From: a virus
IMG/VR virus record: IMGVR_UViG_3300032236_001191
Coordinates: 1-64,000 of that record
Direction: 5' to 3' (one strand)
Length of the DNA: 64,000 nucleotides
The position numbers and the translations under genes are program-made. The notes below the pieces were generated by a model that searched no databases, was not told the DNA's origin, and worked only from the letters and a program-made list of their open reading frames with translations. Below, piece by piece: positions 1 through 8,796 of this stretch. Each line of letters begins with the position of its first letter. Within the stretch, counting starts at the first letter, position 1.

Positions 1-4
1 AAGG

Positions 5-32
5 GCGGGGGAAGGGAGAAGCCTCCCCCCGC
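5..32 (-). terminator. GC-rich hairpin downstream of the 45-599 gene
   Basis: GCGGGGGAGG-CTTCTC-CCTTCCCCCGC on the minus strand just past the stop codon. Confidence 0.55.
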
Positions 33-44
33 TTGCTTCATCAA

Positions 45-599
45 CTATGCGTTAACGAGAGCCTTTTCTTGATTTGGTGTCGCTACTACCGCACCCTGCG
101 GTAGAAGGGCTTCCAACTCTTTGATAGCGGTGATAACGCTATCCACCATACGAGGTGTAGGGTTGGACATAGCCGCAAAAGCAACTGTCAACTGAGAGAT
201 ACGGGCGTTGATGGACTTACCCAACGCTTCGCCAGTATCACCTAGCATAAGTTTCTTAGCGGCTGATTCCTCGTTCTCAGCAGACAACGCATCATCTAGA
301 GATGTGAGTTGTGCCTTGATTGAGTTAGTGTCTGCTTTGAGGTTAATCTTGTCAGACTTCGCATAAATAGCATCTGCGAAGCCATAGACATAGTCAGCAG
401 ACAAGCCCTTATGTGCGACTAGATAACCGCCAAACTGAACTACCATCTGACGGCGATTTAGGTCAGTGAAATCAAGCGGGGAGATAGATGAGTCAGACTT
501 ATAGTAGACTGAAGCATCGTTCATACCCGCAATATAACCATCTTTACCTGAACCTAGAATAGCGTTCAGACGAGTTAGGTTTTCTTTCGCTGTGGACAT
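45..599 (-). CDS. hypothetical protein (184 aa), divergently transcribed
   Basis: ORF with SD AGAAAGGTAG upstream; no recognisable motif. Confidence 0.75.
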   Translation of the reverse strand: MSTAKENLTRLNAILGSGKDGYIAGMNDASVYYKSDSSISPLDFTDLNRRQMVVQFGGYLVAHKGLSADYVYGFADAIYAKSDKINLKADTNSIKAQLTSLDDALSAENEESAAKKLMLGDTGEALGKSINARISQLTVAFAAMSNPTPRMVDSVITAIKELEALLPQGAVVATPNQEKALVNA

Positions 600-634
600 A
601 GAACTACCTTTCTTGTAAGTGGCAGAGATTGCCG

Positions 635-666
635 TGCCCCTGAAAGGAGTTGAACCTCACAGGGGC
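635..666 (-). ncRNA. tRNA minihelix-like element (acceptor stem plus T-arm) in the 5' leader
   Basis: GCCCCTG-TGAGG-TTCAACT-CCTTT-CAGGGGC-A: 7-bp stem, 5-position stem, canonical T-loop. Confidence 0.5.
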
Positions 667-972
667 GACAAGATAGGCTCTAATGCTCGCTCTAACATTT
701 CGGATTTGTTCCGTTTCCCTATTGTACTTTTCCGATTTGTTTGCTTAAGTCCCCCCCGTACCCTTAAGTCCGTTTTGTCCGGTTTGTCCACCAGGTGAGA
801 CTGATTGTTGGCATCTATGATCATAGACAGTAGCCTTTTGTGTTACAAGTCGGGGGGAGTGTGATCGTCACCACATGGAGTTTATTCCCAAGGAGGTAAA
901 TTTTTTTCAAGGTCGGGGGAACTAAGGCAGTAGCTTTGGTGTAGACTAGCGTCATTACGAGAGGGAATACTA

Positions 973-1458
973 ATGACTAAAGACATTTATGGTAGTCGTG
1001 TAACTGGTGGGCTAGGTCCTGCAGCTGATAACCTCTTTGATCCTGCAGCAAGAGAGGCAGCAGTAGAGCGTTCCATCCAACACTCCATTAATGAGGAGAA
1101 CGCAGGCCGTAGACCACTGATTCCTAGTGGTAGATTATTCTCATCTATATGTGGACCAGGTTACGAAGAGATTGATGCTCCTACTACTGACCCCTCTAGA
1201 CCACGAGCCCACAAGTGCTGCTACAACCCTAATGCAGGTTCGGCGGACAACTCAGGCTACTTGGCTATTATGATGCGTGATATGAGCCTTATTGGGTACG
1301 ACAACGTCACTCAGGACATGTGGGACGAGCTAAAGTCGATTGACTCTACCCATACCTTCATCAATACCACTCTAGGTGGCTGGCAGTGGGAGAAGACTTC
1401 CTATGGTCAGCTCCCCCGAACCCGTCCACAATCTTTCAATCTAGGGACACAAGAGTAG
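973..1458 (+). CDS. KTSC-domain-like protein
   Basis: C-half YNP..GYLAIMMRD..IGYDNVTQDMWDELKSIDSTHTFIN matches the KTSC pattern; SD GAGGGA. Confidence 0.55.
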   Translation: MTKDIYGSRVTGGLGPAADNLFDPAAREAAVERSIQHSINEENAGRRPLIPSGRLFSSICGPGYEEIDAPTTDPSRPRAHKCCYNPNAGSADNSGYLAIMMRDMSLIGYDNVTQDMWDELKSIDSTHTFINTTLGGWQWEKTSYGQLPRTRPQSFNLGTQE

Positions 1459-1512
1459 CTTCTAGCCCTCCGGTCTGCTATGATTGACTCCTACACACCG
1501 GAGGGAACTGTA

Positions 1513-2088
1513 ATGACAACTATTGCTGCTATCCAAGGAGATGGATGGGTAGTTATGGGTTCAGATACTCAAGGAACTTATAACGACTCTAAGAATCTTT
1601 ACATGGTAGGACATAAAGTTTACGATAACAATGGCATTCTAATTGCTGGTTGTGGTATGGGTCGTGGTTTAGATCTCATGCACAAGGCATGGAAGGCACC
1701 GAAGCCAACTAAGAAGTTGTCCATAGACCAGTTAGAACTCTGGATGGCACGTACATTCATCCCTAAGATGCGTCAGATGTTCATTGACTCTGGCTATGAC
1801 ATGAAAGATGACGGAGACTACGCCCAGCACGAATCCGTCTTCCTAGTTGCAGTCCAAGGAACTTTATTTATTATTGATGACGACTACTCTTTCGACCGTG
1901 ATGCCCGTGGTGTGATCACATCTGGCTCCGGCGGTGACTATGCAGCTGGAGCACTCTATGCTCTTGACTCTAAAAAAGCTAACACCGTTGAAAAAGCTAA
2001 AACGGTCCTCCGGAAAGCTGTGGATGCTGCAAAGGAGTACGACATCTATTCTGGGGGAGAAACCCGTATTTACGTACAAGAAGCGTAA
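1513..2088 (+). CDS. proteasome-beta/HslV-like Ntn hydrolase (Thr protease)
   Basis: M-TTIAAIQGDGWVVMGSDTQ N-terminal Thr, conserved K, SGSGG..A.GAL and D.YSGG motifs; SD GAGGGA favours ATG 1513. Confidence 0.85.
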   Translation: MTTIAAIQGDGWVVMGSDTQGTYNDSKNLYMVGHKVYDNNGILIAGCGMGRGLDLMHKAWKAPKPTKKLSIDQLELWMARTFIPKMRQMFIDSGYDMKDDGDYAQHESVFLVAVQGTLFIIDDDYSFDRDARGVITSGSGGDYAAGALYALDSKKANTVEKAKTVLRKAVDAAKEYDIYSGGETRIYVQEA

Positions 2089-2128
2089 AGTGTGGCATTA
2101 TTAACCCATCTTCCCGAAAGGTGTGTAC

Positions 2129-2740
2129 ATGGCAACCGATGATTTAGGCAATCAAGCCGTAGCTTTTGAGTGGGGCAACCTACCAATGCAACCTAACAAT
2201 GAACGAACAGACAACTTTTATAATCAAAATAAGATTATTGGGCCTGCTCTAGGTACTGGTGACAGCCACAATATCCACGCAACTGATTGGGATAGTTTTC
2301 CCGACAGTCCTTCTGATGCTGGAAACACTCGTGTAGATGGCTCACCACTTTTTAGATGGCCTTCATACGGTACTTGCTACACAACACCTCTATCCCCTGG
2401 TGGACGTTACAACAATATGTTTGAATACCTACGCTCTGTAGGTGTAGATCCTGCTACTCTTAAGGAAGCAACCTTTACTGGAGGATCTGACCAATACGAT
2501 TGGCAAAATGGTGAGTGGGATTCAGGCATTCTTTTCTGGGCTTATATTGCAAAAGATGAAATTATTTCGATTGACTGGGGTACAGGTACTGTCTACACCG
2601 GAAAAGACTTTGATGGTCTTGTAATTGGCTCTGGCCATAGTGCGGGACAAGATGTTGCGACTGATGCTCCTGAATGGTATCACTGGTTTACTGCATTTAC
2701 AAATGACCCTGCTAAAAATAACACAGCGAATTGGTTGTAA
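2129..2740 (+). CDS. paralog 1 of the GNxxVxFxWGxxPxQPN family
   Basis: N-terminal motif shared with 2891 and 3780 ORFs; SD GAAAGG. Confidence 0.75.
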   Translation: MATDDLGNQAVAFEWGNLPMQPNNERTDNFYNQNKIIGPALGTGDSHNIHATDWDSFPDSPSDAGNTRVDGSPLFRWPSYGTCYTTPLSPGGRYNNMFEYLRSVGVDPATLKEATFTGGSDQYDWQNGEWDSGILFWAYIAKDEIISIDWGTGTVYTGKDFDGLVIGSGHSAGQDVATDAPEWYHWFTAFTNDPAKNNTANWL

Positions 2741-2741
2741 T

Positions 2742-2891
2742 ATGAAACTAGAAATTAAATGCAAGTGCGGAACTGAACAATCTACTGATTTTGTTTCAGG
2801 TTTAAAAGACTTTTATAACCCATGTGAAGACTGCGGTTCTAAGCATGAAGTTAAATGGATCGAATTCACACAGAAGACAGGTGAAAAGTAA
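2742..2891 (+). CDS. small Zn-ribbon protein
   Basis: MKLEIKCKCG...CEDCG; fills the gap between neighbours. Confidence 0.55.
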   Translation: MKLEIKCKCGTEQSTDFVSGLKDFYNPCEDCGSKHEVKWIEFTQKTGEK

Positions 2892-3730
2892 TGACTAATC
2901 CAGTAGATGATGCAGGAAATCCAAGAGTTGACTTTGTATGGGGACCATTTCCTATTCAGCCTAATGATCAAAGAACTAGCTATGGTCAGGACATTGTAAC
3001 TAACCAAGATCAAAATATGGGTTGGACAACCATTCGCCCAATCGATAGTGCTAACTTAGCTACTGGCTGGGATATTATTACTCGTAACTCTGGTGATGGC
3101 TTCTACGAAGAAATTACAAATGGCCGCCAAGAAATTACAATCTACGACAGCCACGCAGAATTTGTTATCGATGGCTACGAAGGCTACCCAGGATTCCAAA
3201 CTGGTGGGGTATTTGATGACATTATTCCTAACGTAACTATCCCTAATATTGTTGGGCTGTCAGTCTCTGAAGCTGCTAATGCTTTGGATGCTGCTAATGT
3301 GCCTTACAACAATGACGGAATTACCACAGTAGGAGCAACTAGCGGAAATAACAACTCTGTTGCTAATCAGTCTGTTGATGCAGGGCTAATATTTAATGCG
3401 GGAGATGTTCCTACAGTTCACTTCCAAACTTACCACTACGTAGTAGTAGTACCTATTAACCACAACCTTGCAGGAATTCGCCCAGATTCAGGAGATGGTG
3501 ACAATTACCGATTCCTTTATCTTATGGGACGTAATTCAGGTATCCAAGTTGGAGATCAAATTACACTCCATGACACCGGTGTAGATAACTACAATCGCCC
3601 ATTTGACGTTACCGCAGTAGCAAATGATGACTCATTTAATACAGGTGGTCAGAAGATTACTATTCGCAACGGCCTCATGGATGGCACTGGCGGAAACGTA
3701 ACTAACACAGGTACATACACAAAGCCTTAA
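2891..3730 (+). CDS. paralog 2 with PASTA domain
   Basis: Shared N-terminal motif; VTIPNIVGLSVSEAANAL...VANQSVDAG is a PASTA signature. Confidence 0.75.
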   Translation: MTNPVDDAGNPRVDFVWGPFPIQPNDQRTSYGQDIVTNQDQNMGWTTIRPIDSANLATGWDIITRNSGDGFYEEITNGRQEITIYDSHAEFVIDGYEGYPGFQTGGVFDDIIPNVTIPNIVGLSVSEAANALDAANVPYNNDGITTVGATSGNNNSVANQSVDAGLIFNAGDVPTVHFQTYHYVVVVPINHNLAGIRPDSGDGDNYRFLYLMGRNSGIQVGDQITLHDTGVDNYNRPFDVTAVANDDSFNTGGQKITIRNGLMDGTGGNVTNTGTYTKP

Positions 3731-3779
3731 TATTCCCTTAGACGTAAGGGTCTTAACCAATCTATAGATAGGAAACACA

Positions 3780-4079
3780 ATGGCAGTAGATAGCTCAGGC
3801 AACCAAGCGGTTGACTTTGTATGGGGTAACATGCCTCTACAACCAAATGCAGCTCGTACAGGTTCTGGACCATCAGTTGTTGTCGGTGCAAACACGGCAC
3901 AAAATCATGGTATGTCTGGATATTCTGTATACCCTTCAACCCACCTTACTATTGGGTCTTATACAGTAAATAAAAATAATGGCATCACTGAAGAAGTTAA
4001 AGCAGATAGCCATGATATTGCAGATGGATTGTGGTCTAACTACCCAGCATTCATTCCAAACGTTGGATACCAAGACTAA
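3780..4079 (+). CDS. paralog 3 (shared domain only)
   Basis: MAVDSSGNQAVDFVWGNMPLQPN...DSHDIADGLWSNYP. Confidence 0.75.
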   Translation: MAVDSSGNQAVDFVWGNMPLQPNAARTGSGPSVVVGANTAQNHGMSGYSVYPSTHLTIGSYTVNKNNGITEEVKADSHDIADGLWSNYPAFIPNVGYQD

Positions 4080-4100
4080 TCTTTAAAACTAAATAGCGCA

Positions 4101-4124
4101 GAGGCCAGGAGAAATCCTGGCCTT
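4101..4124 (+). terminator. intrinsic terminator-like hairpin
   Basis: GAGGCCAGGA-GAAA-TCCTGGCCTT. Confidence 0.65.
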
Positions 4125-4163
4125 TGGCATATATTCATAGTTTAATAGTGGGAGAATACGTAC

Positions 4164-4424
4164 ATGTTTGGTGACATCCAGGGCTTCAAAGCTCCTAAGA
4201 AGAAACACTACCGCCATATTGGCCGTGGTGGTATTACTGTGGGCGGGATCCCGTATTGGGAACTCTGGAATGGTATAAGCTTTCCTAATGGTAGTGGAAA
4301 TTCGGAACAGTCCGAGAATCACTCAGGCGAGGAGACAAATGAGCCAGGAGAATCAGGTACAGGATCAAACACTGTGGGCAGCACCGGAACCCCTGACGGA
4401 GGAACTAGCCCGGGTACAGTGTGA
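4164..4424 (+). CDS. hypothetical protein, probably leaderless
   Basis: -10-like GAGAAT 6 nt before ATG; basic N-terminus, G/S/E-rich tail. Confidence 0.55.
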   Translation: MFGDIQGFKAPKKKHYRHIGRGGITVGGIPYWELWNGISFPNGSGNSEQSENHSGEETNEPGESGTGSNTVGSTGTPDGGTSPGTV

Positions 4425-4566
4425 CGGGTGCTCTGCTAGAGCCCAAGTCATAGTAACTTTACCCTATGGCGATCTTAGCTTCTGCCTGCACCACTACAAT
4501 AAAAACGCTAATGTGCTTACAGAACAAGGCGGAATTGCTAGACTTATTAACATAGAGAAGGCTTAG
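4339..4566 (+). CDS. actinobacterial-type small Zn-finger protein (CDxC...FCxHH)
   Basis: CDGCSARAQVIV.LP.GDLSFCLHH; SD GAGGAG before ATG 4339. Confidence 0.7.
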   Translation: MSQENQVQDQTLWAAPEPLTEELARVQCDGCSARAQVIVTLPYGDLSFCLHHYNKNANVLTEQGGIARLINIEKA

Positions 4567-4580
4567 GAGATACTCCACAA

Positions 4581-5186
4581 ATGTTTAATAGAAATATAGT
4601 TCAAGCTGGAAATAGAGCCCCAGGTATGGGTCTTGCAGGTGGCCTTATGGGTTTAGTCAATACAGCAAATGCCCTTCGTTTTCACCAACTACGTGAACAG
4701 ATTACAACTTCTGAAGTTGGTAAGCGTCAGATGAGTGGAGAACTAGCTCGTACAGTTGGAGATGTTGCTCGCACACATATGGGTAACGCAGAGTATAAGC
4801 AACTTCAAGAACAATTCCACGGCGTATATCATATGCCACTTGCAGCAGATCACCCATTACGTGCGCCAGGAGTTCAATGGCGTGAAGGTGAAAGCGCTGA
4901 TGCTTTTCCACATCGCATGAATCCTGAAAGTGGAAAGATGGAACCTTACTTCCCAGGACAGACAATTGTTAACATGGGTGGTGGACGTGTAGCATCATCT
5001 AAGGGTGAAGCTTTTGTTGGTGCTAGAGAAGGTAGTAATAAGAAAAATACTGTTGGTGATGATGATGATAATAATGGTGGCGGCGGAGGCGGCGGAGGAA
5101 AGCCAAAAAAAACTAAAACTACTCCAACACCACCACCAGGTAGCAAAGGTGGAAAAGTACCTTTCAGAGCACGAGGTAGATACTAA
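4581..5186 (+). CDS. hypothetical protein with low-complexity D/G/K tail
   Basis: ORF with SD AGGAG. Confidence 0.7.
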   Translation: MFNRNIVQAGNRAPGMGLAGGLMGLVNTANALRFHQLREQITTSEVGKRQMSGELARTVGDVARTHMGNAEYKQLQEQFHGVYHMPLAADHPLRAPGVQWREGESADAFPHRMNPESGKMEPYFPGQTIVNMGGGRVASSKGEAFVGAREGSNKKNTVGDDDDNNGGGGGGGGKPKKTKTTPTPPPGSKGGKVPFRARGRY

Positions 5187-7867
5187 TGGCTAGAAAGAAA
5201 AAAGTAGTCGATCCACGCAAAGCACGCTTACAAGCAGAAAGCGAAGCACGTCGCCCTGTTAAGAAGGCTGCCGTTAAAAAAGCTGCTGTTAAGAAGGTTG
5301 CTCCTGCAAAGAAAGCCGCTGCAGTTAAGAAAGCTGCACCTGCAAAGAAAGCATCGCCTAAAAAAGGTGGTTTAGGACCAAGCGCAAAAGATTTAGAAAG
5401 TGCATTAACTCGCTTAAATAGCGGTGGTTCTTCTGCATCTGCAGAAGCAGGCGCTACATCTGACTCAAGCGCAGCATTTGCTGCAAGTCAAGCTGCCCGT
5501 GCCAATGCAGAAATTGGTACAGAACAAGATTTAACTACACCACAACGTTTAACAGCTAATGCTTTCCGTGGCGTTGGCGAAGTAACCGCTACACCTGCCC
5601 CTGAAGATATTAAAGAACCTCCTTTAGAGGCAGACCCCCTTAGACCTAAAGTAACTCCTCTACCACTTCCTACACACGGCCAAGAAGCTCGTGCAGATCG
5701 TGCAGATATTATTCCAAGAACAGGTACTGGCGTTCCTGCTACTGTAGATGCTGAAGAAGCAAAAAGAAAAGCTGCTAAACGCAATAAGAAGGGTATGGGA
5801 ATACCTGGAAGTGAAAATGGCGTAAATGATCTTGCTATGACTCTTCACGAACGTGATCGTAAAGCAGCACAGGAATCTGGAAAAGCTGTTAACGGTGTTG
5901 AACCAGATGATCCTGAAGTAACGTCAGTAAAGCCTGAACACCAGGATTTCTATCTTGGTTACCATCGTCGTTTAGCAAAAGTATTAACACACTTTGGTGT
6001 TGATGAAGATAAGATTGATAAAATTAGCCAAGGCAGTGGAAAGACTAGAGTAGATAAGGTTAACTATCTGCACTCAGTTTTACAACGTCATTTGGATTCA
6101 CAATCCCCACAACAGGTCGATCATGAAGGTCAGGGTATTACACACTGGATTCATCCAACAACTGGTGTAGCCCACCCTATTTCTGCAAACCACCCAGAAA
6201 TGCCTAAGCGTGTAGATGATAAGGGAAATATAGTTCCTACATTTATTCGTAATAAGGGAATAAGTGAATATGTACGTAGAAATGCTGATACAGGTGAGTG
6301 GGGTCTTGATCGTAAGACAGGTAATGCTGCCTATGATAAAACTCTTGGTTGGGAACCTGATAAGCCAGAAGGTTGGAATACTGTTCAACTTAAAGGGGGA
6401 ATTAAAGCTCTTAAGTTAAATAAAGCCCCATCCGGTGGAAGCATGAAATCTTTAGTAGCACTTCATCGTGATGAGATGATGGGTGATTTTGCCCCTGCTA
6501 TTGAGGGAGAGTCACGTAGACGCCATGCAACTATTGCAACAGGACTTGTTGTAGATAGTGCTGGTGTAGATGCGCCAACCCGTAACCGCAATAAGGTAGA
6601 GACTTCCGGTAAATTAGGAGGAAAGTCAGGACAGTTTAAGATCTTACGTGCTACCGGCAGAACACAAAAGCGTTTTGTTGTTGGAAGCCCAAACACAGCT
6701 GGTGAAGGTGCCGAAGGTCCTACACAACCAGCTCAAGCAGAGATTACTACTGTACCTAAAGTTGATTTAGTTGGCCGTAACCCAGTAAGAAATCCTCGAC
6801 GTAAGAAGTCAGTTTATAACCGTAAAACTGGGATTACTATGGTTCGTCCTCCTGAGCGTGGTTTACACATTCAGCAAGGAACACCTGGTGTAAGCACTAG
6901 ACTACCACGCAATGGTGGGGTAGTAGGTGCAGGTTCTGTTACCACTGCAAGTGGAAATGAAATCAGCACATTTGATACAACTCCAACAACACCTCAAATT
7001 GAGCGTATGAAGAGGCTAACTGCTCTTCAACCTGAACACCCTACTGTAGGTGCTGTTTCAGAACCCCCTGTTGCTCTTGAGGGTGTTATCAGCCGTACGC
7101 ATCAGCATATCGGCAGAACCAACAAAGATGGCGCAATTGTTAGCGCACACACCATCACAACTGAAGTTAAGCCGGTTCTTAGTAAAAAGGGTAAGCCATC
7201 ACTTGATAAAAGTGGTAAGCCAAAAACTGTTAAGAAGATTACCTCTAAGCCTGGTATGGTAGACCAAATGCTTCCAGGAATGGAAGAGGCTGGTAAGCCT
7301 GAACAAATTCAGGGACCAGATAGAGAAGTTAGTGAATCGCAAGTAGTACAGGGCCCAGTTACAGCTGGACACTATGAAGCTAATAAGGCAGAAATTGAAC
7401 GCCTTGCTAAACCAGGTGAGAAGCGTTCTTCTAAGATCAGTAAGAAATTTGCTGGTTTAGTAACCGTCCCTGTAAAGAAAATTGTAAAGGGTGAGTTAGT
7501 AGACAAGCCTAAGGAAGAACAGCCTGAACCTATTGGTGATTTTACTGGTATGAGTGGAATTCAAATCCACCGTGCTACTAGACACCTTACCCCTGCAGGA
7601 AAGCAAGTTGCTGTAGTTCCAAAGACTAGAGAACAAGCTTTATCTTACAAGACAGGTAGGATGGAACCTGTGGGCACAGTTGCACCAAGACCTACACCTA
7701 ATCCGCCAGAGCAGATGGAATTTGAAGGTATGGAAACTGCAGGCTCAGCCCATGCTGCTGGACAGCAGTGGCTAAAGCCTAGAGACCTAAGTTCAGAGAC
7801 CCTTAACCTACAAGGAAAAGCAGGAACAGGTTTCCAGCCTCGTAGCCGAGGAAAGCAACGTAAGTAA
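5186..7867 (+). CDS. large basic, largely disordered protein with histone H1-like N-terminus
   Basis: KKAAVKKAAVKKVAPAKK repeats; K/P/E/G-rich; TAATG-coupled. Confidence 0.75.
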   Translation: MARKKKVVDPRKARLQAESEARRPVKKAAVKKAAVKKVAPAKKAAAVKKAAPAKKASPKKGGLGPSAKDLESALTRLNSGGSSASAEAGATSDSSAAFAASQAARANAEIGTEQDLTTPQRLTANAFRGVGEVTATPAPEDIKEPPLEADPLRPKVTPLPLPTHGQEARADRADIIPRTGTGVPATVDAEEAKRKAAKRNKKGMGIPGSENGVNDLAMTLHERDRKAAQESGKAVNGVEPDDPEVTSVKPEHQDFYLGYHRRLAKVLTHFGVDEDKIDKISQGSGKTRVDKVNYLHSVLQRHLDSQSPQQVDHEGQGITHWIHPTTGVAHPISANHPEMPKRVDDKGNIVPTFIRNKGISEYVRRNADTGEWGLDRKTGNAAYDKTLGWEPDKPEGWNTVQLKGGIKALKLNKAPSGGSMKSLVALHRDEMMGDFAPAIEGESRRRHATIATGLVVDSAGVDAPTRNRNKVETSGKLGGKSGQFKILRATGRTQKRFVVGSPNTAGEGAEGPTQPAQAEITTVPKVDLVGRNPVRNPRRKKSVYNRKTGITMVRPPERGLHIQQGTPGVSTRLPRNGGVVGAGSVTTASGNEISTFDTTPTTPQIERMKRLTALQPEHPTVGAVSEPPVALEGVISRTHQHIGRTNKDGAIVSAHTITTEVKPVLSKKGKPSLDKSGKPKTVKKITSKPGMVDQMLPGMEEAGKPEQIQGPDREVSESQVVQGPVTAGHYEANKAEIERLAKPGEKRSSKISKKFAGLVTVPVKKIVKGELVDKPKEEQPEPIGDFTGMSGIQIHRATRHLTPAGKQVAVVPKTREQALSYKTGRMEPVGTVAPRPTPNPPEQMEFEGMETAGSAHAAGQQWLKPRDLSSETLNLQGKAGTGFQPRSRGKQRK

Positions 7868-8043
7868 TGCCTAGGAACGACTCATTTTGGGTAAACCCAG
7901 ATAATCAGGTAAAGGACAAATCCTTGCGTACACACGCACGTGAAGCGGCTGAATACCTTACTGGGTTACCTTACCTCCCTAAGCCTCTTAAAGAGGCTCC
8001 TAGACACCCTGGAAGGGGTGTTAGTGGGGAGTCTGGTAACTAA
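7867..8043 (+). CDS. 58-aa hypothetical protein (not in ORF track)
   Basis: MPRNDSFWVNP...; TAATG overlaps at both ends. Confidence 0.6.
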   Translation: MPRNDSFWVNPDNQVKDKSLRTHAREAAEYLTGLPYLPKPLKEAPRHPGRGVSGESGN

Positions 8044-8333
8044 TGGGACGTTCACGCAAAGAGCTTCATTACGGCACTAGAAGCGGTAATGGGGCACCTC
8101 GTATTCGATTAGCCATATCAGATCGTACATCGCCTAGAGCTAGGCCCTGGAACCATCCAGAAGCGGTAAAGGCATCTCAGGCATATGGTGTAAACTTAAA
8201 CAGCCACAAAGAAGTTGCAAATCATGAGGATAAGTTAGAAATTGCAGGAAGTTTAAAGCCTAGCGAGCGCATGACTTGTATTCAATGTGGTAATTATAAC
8301 AAAGAGTGCGGTTGCACGGAGGAGTGGAAATGA
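8043..8333 (+). CDS. hypothetical protein with C-terminal Cys cluster
   Basis: CIQC...ECGC; coupled start. Confidence 0.65.
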   Translation: MGRSRKELHYGTRSGNGAPRIRLAISDRTSPRARPWNHPEAVKASQAYGVNLNSHKEVANHEDKLEIAGSLKPSERMTCIQCGNYNKECGCTEEWK

Positions 8334-8635
8334 CATCACCAGCATGGCAGCGTAAAGAAGGTAAGAACCCTAAAGGCGGATTAAACGCTGCCGGTCGTGC
8401 CTCAGCTAAAAAAGAAGGTCATAATCTTAAAGCACCAGTTAAGTCTGGTGACAATCCACGACGTGCATCATTTCTAGCACGTATGGGAAATGCTAAGGGC
8501 CCAGAGCATAAGCCAAATGGTGAGCCAACTCGCCTATTGCTTTCACTACAAGCTTGGGGTGCATCATCTAAAGCCGATGCTAAAAAGAAAGCTGCGGCTA
8601 TCTCAAAGCGTAATAAGGGCAAAGGTAAGAAGTAA
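8330..8635 (+). CDS. conserved basic phage protein (AWQRKEGKNPKGGLN family)
   Basis: WQRKEGKNPKGGLN..GR...RRASFLARM motif common near head genes; SD GGAG. Confidence 0.75.
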   Translation: MTSPAWQRKEGKNPKGGLNAAGRASAKKEGHNLKAPVKSGDNPRRASFLARMGNAKGPEHKPNGEPTRLLLSLQAWGASSKADAKKKAAAISKRNKGKGKK

Positions 8636-8796
8636 TGGCTACTAAAAAAGTATGGGATACCCCAGACCCAAAGAAGAAAAGCAAAGGTCTTACCCCAAAG
8701 AAGAAAGCTGCTGCTAAAGCACGTGCTAAAGCTGCAGGACGCCCATACCCTAACCTTATTGATAACATGGCGGTATCTAAGAAAAAGAGTAAGTGA
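8635..8796 (+). CDS. 53-aa Lys/Ala-rich protein (not in ORF track)
   Basis: MATKKVWDTP...KARAKAAGRPYPNLIDNM; coupled overlaps. Confidence 0.65.
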   Translation: MATKKVWDTPDPKKKSKGLTPKKKAAAKARAKAAGRPYPNLIDNMAVSKKKSK

